A stretch of 62,482 nucleotides of DNA, filler included, from Collodictyon triciliatum (taxonomy: Eukaryota), in NCBI GenBank assembly GCA_043381765.1. It is 12 parts of 12 records of this genome, joined end to end, with 100 filler letters (N's around TTAATTAATTAA, not from the genome) between each part and the next. Parts side by side here need not be neighbours in the genome. Positions count along the whole stretch, not along the records: positions 16,658 to 22,106 come from JBHJMP010005189.1; positions 22,207 to 27,655 come from JBHJMP010005190.1; positions 27,756 to 33,218 come from JBHJMP010005191.1; 9 more parts are not named here. One strand, written 5' to 3'. Positions 16,837-30,107 of this stretch are shown here, piece after piece; the stretch's first letter is position 1; every line of letters starts with the position of its first letter. Made by a program: the position numbers and the translations under genes. The notes beneath the pieces were generated by a model that had not been told where the DNA came from, made no database searches, and worked only from the letters and a program-made list of their open reading frames with translations.

Positions 16837-19800
16837 GATTCTCTCATCAGATATGTCAGATTTTTGTCGACTCGGACAGAAAGTTGGAGAGCGGTTCAAC
16901 AGACTCTAGGACTAAGCTCTACAATTCATACGCATATCTTACTGAAGATGCCCCATATGAGTTTACAATATACATACGTGGGTGGGGCTGTCACATAAGC
17001 TTCACGATGGAAAATAATCTTGTTAATTCCACCACTGTTCCTATAAAATGCCAGGTTCGAACCTCCATCCCATTCAAAATCTCCTCATTTATGTAGTGAT
17101 ACTAAATATGTACATTCATAATAACTGTATACTTATACAATAGGCCATTTACAAGACTATTAGTGTGGAGGTCCCATTGAATCAGGTCAGTATATTTTGT
17201 TCAAATGGAAATTATCACTTGATTTTCCCAACACATTTACATAAAATATTTTAATTCATAGAATTATAAAAGCTCAGTAGGTGACTTTGAAGATTTATTT
17301 GGCTTTTATTCCCCTAGGTGGACACACCCACTGAGAAATGGGCTTACACTGTATGGTGTGGCTCAGAAAACTTTGAAAAGTTTCGAGATGTCAAGAAAAA
17401 ACCTGAAGATTACATATTGGGAGGCGGCTTGGATAGTGTGGGTGAAACGCAGGTAGCGTTTGATCCAGTGAGATAATAATTAGCTAAAATCTTATGTACC
17501 AGGAAGAAAATTTATCAGTGCGAAAATTAACCTCAAAAAAGATTATGGACTTTATCGCTGAACCTGGTTGTGATAAGCGCACCATATACGACGCATATAA
17601 AAACAACATGACATCCGTTGTAAATCCCGTTGGAAAAAACATTCTAACAGCTAAAAAGATTTATGAATTGAGCGATATAAAGAGGTAAACAAACTACAAA
17701 ATAAAAGTTTTACCTGCCCATTTTTATTCTTGAATTATTTCATTTTTAAGCAAAATCTGAATTACTGAAACTGTAGTGATACAAGACTAAAAGAACCAGA
17801 TCCTCAAAAAGAAGCATCTCCTTATGATATTATCCTTTTTAAGGTAATTTCCCTTTTTTTTATGCTATATGTTTCGATATAGTAATTCCTTTACGAATAG
17901 GCTATTAATATATGAAATAGAATTTTAAAAGTCAAATGAACCGCAGATGATGGTCAGCGAGGATTTTGTGATTTTTAGGACAGGTTTATCCCGCATGGTT
18001 GAAAATACTAACAAGACGAACGGATTTGACCATGTCGCACTCCAATTATACGTAGACACCGACAATAAGTACACTATAAAAATCCGTTATTACGATGAGA
18101 TAAAATAATTTCAAAGTAATTCGTATAGATTTGATTCAGGCAGTAGAGTGTCACTTTACAACAGCCGATTTACCTTCTACGGGAAAAAGTACCTTTCAGC
18201 TATCATGGATATACCCAATCTGTTTTCTTATATATTTTTTCGCAGTACTTACATTTAAGCCCTCTTATTATAGGGGATGGGAATTCATGGTTTCTGTGGG
18301 ACCTGATGCTCTCTCAATAGTCAAACACATACATGGAGAAAATATTTATATGAATGTATCAAGCCTCGCGTATGTTACTGCCAATAACCGGATTGTGGAG
18401 GTATCGTGTTCCCAAAATGACAAGAACACAGCAGAACCTTGCCCCTGCCTATAGAAAAAAGTAAAAAAGACCAGCAATTAAAAATACCATTGATTGTTCT
18501 TGACGATAGGTTAAGATACCAAAGTCATTTCTTGGAGATGTCTCACAAGCGATAGATTACAAATCATGGCTCATCGCTGTTGTCTCAGGAATATCATCGC
18601 CATATTCATCGAATTTCTCAAATCTGTGCACTGCTAATGTGAGTTTCTCCCTCTGGATTATGTCGTAACAACATGCTAACAAAATCATTTGTTTCTAAAT
18701 CGATTAAGGATTGTGTGGCGTCTGATATCAAACCGAAGTCTTCAAATATTTTGGATTTTTTGAATCCTCATAATCTGATGAATAGTCAGGTACGATGGCA
18801 AAGGTAGAGTGAATTGCAAGCCATAGATTGTAACAGAGACTGAACTATTATAGGTTTTTTCACCCCCAGAATCTGATGCAGTCGCGATACCTTTTGTTGA
18901 TATGAATGGAGAAACCATGGTACATATATTTTCTCACGTCGATGAGATTGGAGATGAACTTGGAATCTATCCACCACAAATGAATGGGACTCCATCTAGT
19001 CAATTGAATGGGCTATTCGATATTGTACTATTTTGATTCCTTATTCAATTAGTAATGAATGAGATAAATAACGTCATTTATTTAAAATACAAAGTTATGA
19101 TAACAATTAATTTGGATCGAATAAAGGATTTTTTTTTTGGTTTAATTCCTCGAAAAAAATACTTTTAGACGGACTTTGGATTGTCATCGAATTCTAAAAT
19201 CATGCAGTTACACATTGGGACATATAAAGTTCGAAATGATGTTGAAGGTTTTCCCATTTCATTTCAAAATCAAAAACTTTTTTGAGCAGTTATCTTGCTT
19301 TCTTTTGAAAAATTTATTGTGAATTTCGTAAATCAGTCTTTCATCAGTTTTTTTACTTAATCATGCTTAAAGATTGTATGCACTTACCTCCTTCTGTATA
19401 TTGAAAACATCGAATAATTAAAAAACATTTAGTAAGACTTGAAAATATTTTGAAGCCAAAAAACAAAAAAAACAAAAAAAACAAAAAAACAAAAAAACAA
19501 AAGACAAAAGACAAAAAACTAAAAAATTGACCATGCAATAAATAACAAGGTATTGAGCCCATTATTCTGGTCCTCATCGACAAAGACAAAAAGTACTGGT
19601 CAGGTTCGACAGAGTCCCCTAGCAATTGTGGCGTTTATATCCACCCGCAAAATGCATGGGAAATTGCCATTTTGATTGACCCATCAAAAAAATCGACAAC
19701 ATTAAGCGTAATCAAATATCTTAACCAAAATAAATCAAATATCAATACCTATGGTTCAATTTTTCTCATTTTCTAATTCCTTTGGATTGTCTAGTATTCA

Positions 19801-21728
19801 GGAACATTATCTTCAACAGTACTACCAGACTCAAATTATTATGAAGGAAACATCTTACTCATAAATATCCCCTCCAATTTTTTTGGCTCTTTATCAAGCA
19901 ACCAGTCTTGGTCTTATGCTATTGTTTCAGGGATTCGCTCAAGTTTGCTCATTTGATTATATAGTATTATTTGTTTTTTCTTTTACTTATTTAATTGTAT
20001 GTTTATCAGTTCTCAATATTAATTCATATTTTCAAAGAGGAAGGTACTTTCTCGGAGCTCCGAGACACTCAGACAAATTCATCATTCCAAAGAAGTCATC
20101 CTGGTTTAGCATACAATATAATGGACTTCGTTTCTTTTGGTAAGTCTAGCCACTGTATCATCAGATAACTTTGTATGCATTTTGCACTGATAATTAATAA
20201 TTTAATAAAGGTCATATGGACAATTACGTTCACACTTCATTATTTGGTGACAAAGAAGGGTTCAGTCTGCCGTTCATAGGATTTCAGAACAACTATTTCC
20301 TCGCCAAACTTCTATACAATGTATCATTTTAACGATTAATTTTTGTTTATGTTATTTTCCCCCTTTTATTAATAAATCGTACAAATGAAGCTAATTGATT
20401 TATAATTTTCCATAATATGATAATAAAAGGACCTCCCTAACGATGAACTTGGAACCTATCCTTTAAGTCCTTACTTTATTGGAAAGAAAGGTAATCTCAT
20501 TACATTCTCAAAACAATTAATGTTACTTTAATTACTGAACTTCGAGTATATTATTGATGATGTTTCATTTAGGTCTCTTCGATATGCTTGCCTTCTCTGT
20601 GCAATATAACTCAAACTGTACCCGTTTTTCTATAAGAATGCAATCAATACCCGAGATTTTCGATATCTCTCTTCCTGTTGGGTTCTTGTCCACACAAATA
20701 TACATAGACTCTAATCGAATTTATAAAAGTGGATGTTCCGAGTCTATTGGAAATTCAAACATATCACCAATTGCGCAATACTACTGGGAATATGCCATCG
20801 TTTCATATGGAAAGACGGCAACTGTTTATCAATGTGATGGTGGTCATTTCACTAGTATAGGCGGAAATTCCAATATTACCCGTCAAAAGGAAATCTTTTA
20901 TTTTGATATTCTCTTTGCGCACATACCAAAACCTTCTGTGTCATGGAACTATGTTGTAGTGAGTGGTGCAGTATACGATCAAATTGAGGTCTGTATTTTC
21001 CTCTTGAAAACAGAAGAGCACTTCTCTTTTATATTGATATGCACTAATTTTTGTCTCTCCTTTTCTCTCTTTTATTTTATTTTGTTTGCTTTTTTTTTTT
21101 CACAGGGGAATCTTGCTCAAGTATCAGAGACTCCCACAAGCTCAAGTTTCGGAGGAGGAGAAAATACTGGCTATGGACCAAATGTTGTGGATATGATATT
21201 ACAAGAGAAATATGCACAGAGTGCAGTTTTTTCGTCCTCAAGGGCCCCAAAGTATAAGTTTATATGAAAGCATTTAGTTACTTTTTTCTTTGAATTTATA
21301 ACAAAATTGTCTTGATTTTAATATTAAAAATAAAAGGAAAATGTATTCAATAATCCCACCGATTGGAATCGGGATATTAAACGGCACAGTCGTTTGGGAA
21401 CAAAGTGATGACATTAGTGATGAGCGAGGACATTATCCTAAGAGCATTGAGCCCTCTGTTTGTTTTATGTTTAAAAGATGACTTCCATTGATTGCTTATT
21501 TTAAGTACTAAATGAACGTTATTTTTTAAGCAGATAAGCGGGATTTTTGACTTGGTTCACTTTTCAATCATCGATGATGATTATTCCATAGTGTATCGAG
21601 TGACCCTTAAATTTTTGATGCTTAATGAAGGAAAAACCATTACCAGCCTGAAACACACATTGATTCACATCTATGTAAATTCAGATGGAATTAAAGAAAC
21701 AGGCATCAAAAGGGTAAGCTACATTTAG

Positions 21729-21827
<99 letters not shown>

Positions 21828-22036
21828 CTTTCGATATTGGAAAGAAGATGGAAATTTTGGCTGTGTTGTATTTTGTATAAAATGAGAACTATACAAAAAA
21901 CCAAAATGTCATATTTCAGACTCTATCAAATGCGAACGCTGAGCTTGGGCCTGGCACCGGTTGGGAATATGCCCTGACAATAGGACCAAATGGACTTGCA
22001 TTATTTTCATATCATCTAATAAACAATACTGTGTTG
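16837..22036 (+). CDS. Large protein with at least 5 tandem glucodextranase C-terminal (DOMON-like) carbohydrate-binding domains, partial
   Basis: Spliced exons repeat the module D..xDE.G.YP / FD...F / GF....(Q)I(Y/F)(V/I)D.D....G / WE(Y/F)A(I/L) / W....VSG / GG....(N)(I/V).D. Examples: GFSHQICQIFVDSD, NGFDHVALQLYVDTD, DEIGDELGIYPP..GLFDI, DLPNDELGTYP..GLFDMLAF..WEYAIV..FGGGENTGYGPNVVDMIL, DDISDERGHYP..GIFDLVHF..GWEYALTIG. Confidence 0.75.
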
Positions 22037-22345
22037 GTAGGATAACTTTTATTTTATTTTTTTTGATATTTTTACAATAACTAATTTATATATAATGAAC
22101 CAAAGCNNNNNNNNNNNNNNNNNNNNNNNNNNNNNNNNNNNNNNNNNNNNTTAATTAATTAANNNNNNNNNNNNNNNNNNNNNNNNNNNNNNNNNNNNNN
22201 NNNNNNCTTTTTCTTTTCTCTTTTTCTTTTCTCTTTTTCTTTTCTCTTTTTCTTTTCTCTTTTTCTTTTCTCTTTTTCTTTTCTCTTTTTCTTTTCTCTT
22301 TTTCTTTTTTGCCTTGATGCATTCAAATTATGGTTCTTTTCTTAG

Positions 22346-22814
22346 TTTGACTTGAGCGGCCCAGTTTCTGGCGTCTATACTGTTGACTTGAAGCAGGGTA
22401 GAGTTTATAAGGTAAATCTATGATATCATTGAAGACCCAACGAAAACGCACCATTTTTCAAAAGAAAAAGAGAGTAAGAAAGAAGAAAATATCGCGGTTA
22501 CTAAAGTGGCGTGCCAACCTAAAACAACCAGGGCCCTGCAGAAAGCAAAGCTGACTGCATTTTTAGCATGAAGGATGACGATTACTTTGATATGGCTACA
22601 GGTGGCATGAATCCCCAAAAGGTTTGATAGTCGATGGAATTGGTTATAAAATATCGTCTTGGATATGATAACGTCCCTTCATCAGCCATTGTTAGTGACG
22701 TTTGTTTTATACTTCTACCCATAGGCGTTTATGATGGGCAAATTAAAAATCAAAGGAAATCTGATGCTGGCCCAGAAGCTTCAACTTCTCCAAGCGGCTG
22801 CTGCGAAGCTGTGA
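22346..22814 (+). CDS. SCP2 sterol-binding domain C-terminus with PTS1 (-AKL), 5'-truncated
   Basis: Exons 22346-22411, 22532-22621 and 22725-22814, all phase 0, give FDLSGPVSGVYTVDLKQGRVYK|GPAESKADCIFSMKDDDYFDMATGGMNPQK|AFMMGKLKIKGNLMLAQKLQLLQAAAAKL*. Confidence 0.92.
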
Positions 22815-23083
22815 GACCAACATCAGCCATGAGTGACAGATGACAAACTTAAAACACACACACACACAAAGAACACGCTACTTGACCTGATTCAAAATCA
22901 ATAAAAGATTTCATGAAAGTTGTGTAGGTTTATATGTTAGCTAAAAATGAGAATTCTTTTTTCTCTGTGTAGTGGAAATGTTTCTAAGCCACGGTTTGAA
23001 TTCATATTTTTTTAATCGGTTTTATTTATATATCGCTATTGGCATTCTTTTTTTCCCTTTCCTTTCCTTTTGCTCGAGCTAGT

Positions 23084-24193
23084 CTACCTTGGGTCAACAT
23101 TGCTACTCGGCTGACCATAAAGGTCAACACATCTAGCCCATCGTTATCACATATGAGACCGATGTTGTGTGATGGCAGTGCAAAATTAGTGATTTATATG
23201 AATAGCAGCTTTGTTATCGATAACTGTAAAGTTTGAGCATTTGCTAAATGTTGTTACCTCAGTAGAAAAGCCTTTCTCATTTTAAGAACCGCCTCTTTGA
23301 AGACATAGCGCATGATTTGATTGTGGAACGACGAGACAAATGAAAATTCGATAGAGAACGAGAGCTTGCATGACCCTGGATTCATATTTGGATTCGGCTC
23401 AAAACGCCAATTCGTCTGCAGCCTATCGAAAATATTTCCCTTCAAAACAGATACCTTAATCATTCATAAGTTAGTCAAGTAATTGTCTACAGTTGGGGTG
23501 CGTTCGCTTACAGTGGTCAATTATTATCATCGTCAATTTGCATACAGTTCATTCTCCAAATGAAAAGTTATTAGTTGACCAGCCACCTTTATTTCGTGTG
23601 GAGCTGAAAGTGTGATACTCGACATGTAAGTTTCGCTGAATGGAGGAAATCCAACAGTCTACATAAGTCATTAAAAATAAATGAAATTAAAGCATAATTA
23701 CAATAACAAGATTCCCTTTCTTGCTTTTTTTTTGTTTTGTTATTGAAATCCATTCACATTAGCATACCAACAAAGCTTCTGCTCGTTCTCCATCCGTTTT
23801 CAATAATTTCGACTCACGGCACCACGGCAGAAAGTCTCTGTATTTTTCCACGTCTGCAACAACAGCATAGATTTGTTCCTGAGAAAACCTTGGGAGTACA
23901 CCAAAGTGAATTTCAACAAGGTCATAAATAATTAGTACCCCTTTTATGCGAGTTTGTAGTATCTTTAGGGTTTACCCAATCAGGCTGCTCTCCTCGTGCT
24001 TGTGTACCATGTGCTTCGATTGTCCTAGAATAGAACCAACCCGACCAAAGAAAGTCCTTGCTGGCTGAGCAAAATGCAAAGCAGTGCCTTCATTTGTCAC
24101 ACGCCATGTAATGTGCTTGATTTTTCCCTGCGTATCACGCGTTTTTGTAAAGAAACCGAGGTGGTGGTGGTGTATTCTCATCATTCCTTGCAT
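23084..24193 (-). CDS. COQ10: Coenzyme Q-binding protein COQ10 (START/polyketide cyclase fold), apparently complete
   Basis: Basic presequence ending RTFF, then FSQEQIYAVVADVEKYRDFLPWCRES, TVGFPPFSETYMS, FDRLQTNWRF, FSIEFSFVS and KAFLLR|CVDLYGQPSSNVDPR*. Five exons; TAG stop at 23086-23084. Confidence 0.92.
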
Positions 24194-24406
24194 TATGAAG
24201 GTATCTGGATTTTACTGTTTTGTTTTGTTTTGTTTTGCTTTTTAGACCATCCAACACGTTTTTCTTAATTTTGTGAGTTCACAAACACATTTTATGCTGC
24301 ACTTTTGAAATGATTATTTATACTTCTTTTTATTTTGATTATCATTGAGGTAATCCAAACACATAAAATTGACAACCATTAAGTGCAGTAATATTGATAG
24401 CTAAAA

Positions 24407-25287
24407 TTAAAATTTAATGAGTTGCAAAGAAAGTTCAATGTATCTCAACCGACCAGATTTTGAGAGTATTGTCCAGTCATCATTGCTTCGCAAGATGCAT
24501 TTAAAAAAACCTTAAGATTCACGTCATTTATCCAAATAAATGGAGCAAAACTCACAAAAAAAAATTTGAGTCAAGAACCAGTCGCTCCAGCTCACTTGCA
24601 TATATATCGGTCATTAAACGCTATGTGGTACCTGGACATAAATGTTGTGTTCATTGACAATCAATTTAAAACCATACATTAAAAAATAAATATGAAAGAA
24701 AAAGAAACTTCAAATGATACATATATGATTTATACCATGATGTTTATGGTATGTATCTCTCATCGTACAATAGATTGTGTATTCATTAAAAAAGAAAAGA
24801 AAAGAAAAAAAGAAGCTTTTATTGAGAAAAAGGTGTTTGACGAGCTAGGAAAATGGTACCAGACACAAATTACACACAAGTATCAGAATCAGTGGCATAG
24901 GTATGCCTCAGTACCAAACTGTCTTCTTCAATATGATTTATCGGCAGCTGCTCATTAAAACGTAGATTGTTTTCTTTATTATTTTTCCCTCCAAGACCAC
25001 CCAACGACATGTTTTTCTATGCGCTTGCATTCTTGCCACCATATCATATTATAGTTGGTGATTTTTCGAGTAAAAAATGAAAAAAGGCAGGTTAATATTA
25101 GTTTCATTGTCATTTTTCAAAAAAACCTGAAGAGTTCTTTTCTATTTGTCAAAAAATATTGAATAAAATCATAGGATTGAACCTTGTCATGACTTTGATT
25201 TGAACGTACATAAACTAGATTAGCCGCCCCAGTAACAAAAATGGGAGAAAATAACCATTGTAAAGGCTCAAATTCTTTGCATATCGC
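24407..25287 (-). CDS. Possible small hypothetical protein (5' exon not located)
   Basis: Four phase-compatible GT-AG exons (25287-25183, 25016-24915, 24620-24556, 24485-24407) give AICKEFEPLQWLFSPIF..|KNMSLGGLGG..EEDSL|RLMTDIYASELERLVLDSNFFF|NDDWTILSKSGRLRYIELSLQLIKF*. No motif was recognised. Confidence 0.35.
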
Positions 25288-25733
25288 CTGCACCCAAGTA
25301 ACAGAAATAAGTCGCTATCAATTCTTTTCTGGTGAAATTGTTTTTGGTCGTTTATTTGATTCTTAGTAGTATTAGAGATATGAATATTTTGACTCGATAA
25401 TATTCTGGCAGTATCACTAATTTTGGCTAAAAATATTAATTATGATTGATGGTTCATTATCACATTATTATTATTTCTTCTCTATCGCCTCTACTTAGCG
25501 GTTACGAAGGCACTCATATTCTATAATCAGTTAATATCTACTTTATAAAAAAAGTAGATACAGAAATAAATCATGATTTAACGTCACAACTCAAAAGCAG
25601 TAGCCTTTTCTCTTTTTTCTCTTTTTTCTCTTTTTTCTCTTTTTTCTCTTTTTTCTCTTTTTTCTCTTTTTTCTCTTTTTTCTCTTTTTTCTCTTTTTTT
25701 TCTTTTTTTTCTTTTTTTTCTTTTTTTTCTTTT

Positions 25734-25764
<31 letters not shown>

Positions 25765-26088
25765 TCAAACGGTTTGTATCTACTAAAAGGATGACGGGAC
25801 ACCCAACTTCGCCCCTTCGCGAAATCGCATCCAGAAACGAAGAAAAGAAAAAAGCAACTTTGGTTTGTTTCTCCAAAATGCATTCAAAAAAAAAACCAAA
25901 AAAAAAAAAAACCAAAAAACAGTCGATTCATCCTATCAGAGTCACAAAATACACGCAGACTGGCGACCTACTCGACTAGAAAGAAAGCAAGAGTGTTTTC
26001 ATTCTGCCAAGAGACCCAACACAAGGGGAATGTAATGAAGAGACAACTGAGGACTAAAGAACAAAAAAAAAAAAAAATTGCAAAAGGA

Positions 26089-26785
26089 ATGAGACTTTCC
26101 CGCACTATCGCGGCGCTCTTCGCTGCGATTGTCGTCTGCTTTGCTGCAACTGCAAAGTGCTCTCTCCAAGTCGACGGCCTTCGCGCAGCCGAACCAACCG
26201 AACTCTACTACGGCCACCATCGCCTGATCAGCGTGCAAATCGCCCAGGAAGAGTTTCATCGCGGCGAAAGCGCTCTTGCCCGCCGCCTCCAAGAGCTGGA
26301 TGTGTGGCAAACTGAGATGGACATCAATGGTTCTTCTTCCTACTCTCTTTTTCTTTTCTATTGCATTTCTCTTGCTTTTTTTTCACTCGCATCCTTTTTA
26401 CTTTATCGCGTTTAGTAACGCTTTACCTAATATTATATATATATATTTCATTCAAATGATGAGATAATGAACAAATAGGCGATTTGCAAGTGACTCTGCT
26501 TGCTGACAACGCTGTCCAGTTTGAGCTCAAGAAGCTGGACGCAAACATGCGCGTGTTGGAAGCAAATATTGCTGAGGCCATTCAGGAGGAGCGCCGCTCA
26601 ATCGTGGAGAAGCAGCTGCTCAAATACTCGGTGAACAACGAGGCGGCCGACCCTTTCTTTAATACGTTCCGCACGCTCTCAGAGTATGTCAACAAGCTCA
26701 ATGAATGGGTTTCTCGCTATCCCAATCTTTTGAAGGTTTGCCACTTGCTTTAAGTTTTTATCTACTATTCATTTTTTCAATCCTT

Positions 26786-26840
<55 letters not shown>

Positions 26841-27447
26841 TTTTCCTTTTACACTCACGCACTCTCATTTTGATACTCTTTACAGCTTAGCGTGGCCGGG
26901 ACATCCATCGAGAGTAGAAGCATTCACGTCCTCGTTTTCAGCAAAGATAACTCTGCCGACCCCAATCGACCAATCCTCTACTTCGAGGCTCTCCAACACG
27001 CTCGCGAATGGTTAGCACCTTCTAGCTTGATGTTTTGCATCGATTCCCTTCTGACTGACTATGCAAACGGCGTTCCTCGCGTTGTGAATGTGAGTAGCTT
27101 TCTGTTGTTAAGTTATTTTATATATTTATAGCAACAGTGCTCTACTTAAACATTACACCAAAAATTAAAAGAAACTAAAATTAGCTGCTGAACTCATACG
27201 ACTTCCACTTTATGCCTATTGTGAATCCAGACGGGTGAATTACATCATGCTCTTCGTTTTACTTTACTTAAATATTTACACGGAATCTGCTCATGAAATA
27301 ATGCACTTCAAGCTCATGTGCTTGCAATAATGATGCATTTTTTTTCTTAGATATGAATACACGTGGAGAAGTGAGCGTCTCTGGAGAAAAAATCGCCGCA
27401 GAAATGCCAACGGCTCATACGGTGTTGACCTCAACCGTAATTGGGAC
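26089..27447 (+). CDS. Secreted zinc carboxypeptidase, M14A family (prepro-enzyme), 3'-truncated
   Basis: Signal peptide MRLSRTIAALFAAIVVCFAATA, a pro-region, GTSIESRSI, zinc motif QHAREW, and PIVNPDG|YEYTWRSERLWRKNRR..GVDLNRNWD. Confidence 0.95.
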
Positions 27448-27795
27448 GTAATGATTATTAAATAACAATTCGTCCATTCTCTCTTTCGAAGCACAATCGT
27501 GCACGCAAACCCAGACACGAAGACATAAAATATTGGTCGTTTTTCAATCTTGCTTTCTTTTCTTTCTTTTCTTTCTTTTCTTTCTTTTCTTTCTTTTCTT
27601 TCTTTTCTTTCTTTTCTTTCTTTTCTTTCTTTTCTTTCTTTTCTTTCTTTTCTTTNNNNNNNNNNNNNNNNNNNNNNNNNNNNNNNNNNNNNNNNNNNNT
27701 TAATTAATTAANNNNNNNNNNNNNNNNNNNNNNNNNNNNNNNNNNNNNNNNNNNNTTTTTTTTTTTTTTTATATTTTTTTTTTTTCTTGTTTCTA

Positions 27796-27845
<50 letters not shown>

Positions 27846-27874
27846 TTTACCGTCCTTTTACATATGCTACATAG

Positions 27875-30056
27875 ATATTTTGATGCTGCCCCAATGAGCC
27901 GCAAATACCTTTCGCGTCCGATTAGCCGACAAGAGTGCTTCATTTTGTTTACAAAAACTGTTCTGATTATTTCAATCGTCTTCTCTTCGAGTAGTGTTGT
28001 TCAATCTACATTACTTTTCCTAATGAATCTCGCCTCTTTGATTGTCTGGCTTGTCTACCCCATGTACCATCGTTTAAGAGCGAACCAGATGGTTTGTTCT
28101 TTTCTACGAAATGAAGGGAACCTTTTTTTAACTCTTATTTTCATACATAATAATTTAGTTTAATCGCACTAAATCATAATTAGCGCTCTGCTCTGTTTGG
28201 TTTGAATACATGGACAGCCTTGATTTGTCTGGTCTACACAAACCAAGGGGGTAATAGTGTTGGTGCGTTTTCCGTTTACATGGTTGGGATTCCCCTGGCA
28301 ATGGGCTCAACATGGTATCTCGCAGGTTTTTTTTTTAAAAAAAAACGAATATTTTTCATTTCACAAGATATTGGATAAAACTCTGAATCTCAGAACGAGT
28401 TACGATAATTTGTATCTTGTTTGATGTCAGGAAGAAGAATGCTGTTGTTGAATGATGACCATATGGAGAACCGAAACGTTGCGGCCGTTGACCAAAAAGT
28501 GTTTGACAATCCCTTTATGGTCGAACTTTCGACCCGAACGCCATTAAATCCATTGAAAGGACAAGTGACACCAGCTACGTACGTTTCACTTTTCTCCATT
28601 CTGTCAATAATTATACATGATGTTTTTATACTCATCGTCAATTTTATCATTCAAACGTGCAGGTTGGAAAACACAAAATACCTCTATCAACAAGGCGTGA
28701 AAAAGTTTCCTAGCTCCATTTATGTTCGAATAAATTACACCTTGTTCCTACTGTGCTATAATACATACACAGACCCGAGCGAAATCCAGATGCACGTCCA
28801 CGCTGTAAGTTTTCCAGATATTTATCTCTGCTTCTTTTCCCTCCCCCTATTTTTCATCCCTTTTTAAATTGCAATATTTTAATACATCTTACTTAAAAAA
28901 GCGACGATTTAAAATTCTATGAATAAATGAGTGCTTAAGTAAAAGATGAATTTCGAAAAAAAAAAGGTTCTTGGAATGAGAAGATCTACAATTGATGAAC
29001 GATACCTCTCCTTTTATCTGCGAAAAATTTGGCAGCAAGACATGGAAACAAAGTATGGATAGCATCCTCACTCTCCTTTGTCTCGCCCTTTTCTCACTCT
29101 ATCTATTTTCATTTATTGATAAATATTAGCATGTAATTTACTACCGTCACTCATCCTCTTTACCATATGATCGATTGATACGTTTGATTAATGGAAATGA
29201 ACATTTCTTTTGATAACCACAACTGTTCCTAATGAAATATTATCATTGACCGAATGATACCAGAATGCAGTACATTTCCTTAACACCGACATCTCTTCCT
29301 TTCCATCATAATTTCATTTTTATTTTTTGACTGAACACTAACAAAAAAAAAAATCTTTCCGTCACATTTTCGCAAACCAAAAAATTAACCAGGGGTTTGG
29401 GATTCATGAATGATGGAATGCAAATCACTGACTTTATGTTCCTCAAGCGTCAAATTATATTGTCCAAGTAAAAAAAATATAAAAATTGTCTTTCTTGTAC
29501 CTTTTGAGAGGGAATGATTTTTTTTATCAACACAATATGTCACTGATTTTTCCCTTTATTCGTACAAATACCAAAACAAAAGTCTCTTATCCAAACTTTT
29601 TTCCATCAAGGCACTTACACAACGAGACGAGGAAATGCCTTCTTGAATTCTGGAGAAACATGCTTAAGCCTGGTATTACTGATGCTGAAATTGAAAGCAA
29701 AGCAGAAGATTTTGAAGCATTAGAACAAATGACTCTTGCATGCTATGAGTCGATATTGCGAAAGTTTCCTCGCAATCGCGAAGTACTGCGCTCGTTTGGC
29801 CAGTTCTGGATGGATATTTACAACAATGAGAATGTGGCAAACGAGTATTTTCTACTTGCCGATGAAATCGAAGAGGAAGAGAGCCAGGTTAATAAAATTG
29901 AAATGTACTTATGTGGATGAATGATATCAAGTGCAAATCATTTCATACAGAATAAAAAAAAAACCAAAAAAAGCAATAAAGGAAAATTAAAAAAAAATCA
30001 TACATATAAGCCATCCCAAACAATTTACCAAAATATTTGTACCTTAAATAAATAAA

Positions 30057-30107
<51 letters not shown>

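Noticed and set aside
29276-29284. U12-type branch-site-like TTCCTTAAC, and minus-strand ATATCCTTT at 14543-14535
   Set aside because: No matching U12 donor. The first is more than 100 nt from the acceptor, and the second lies in the 3' end of an ordinary GT-AG intron.
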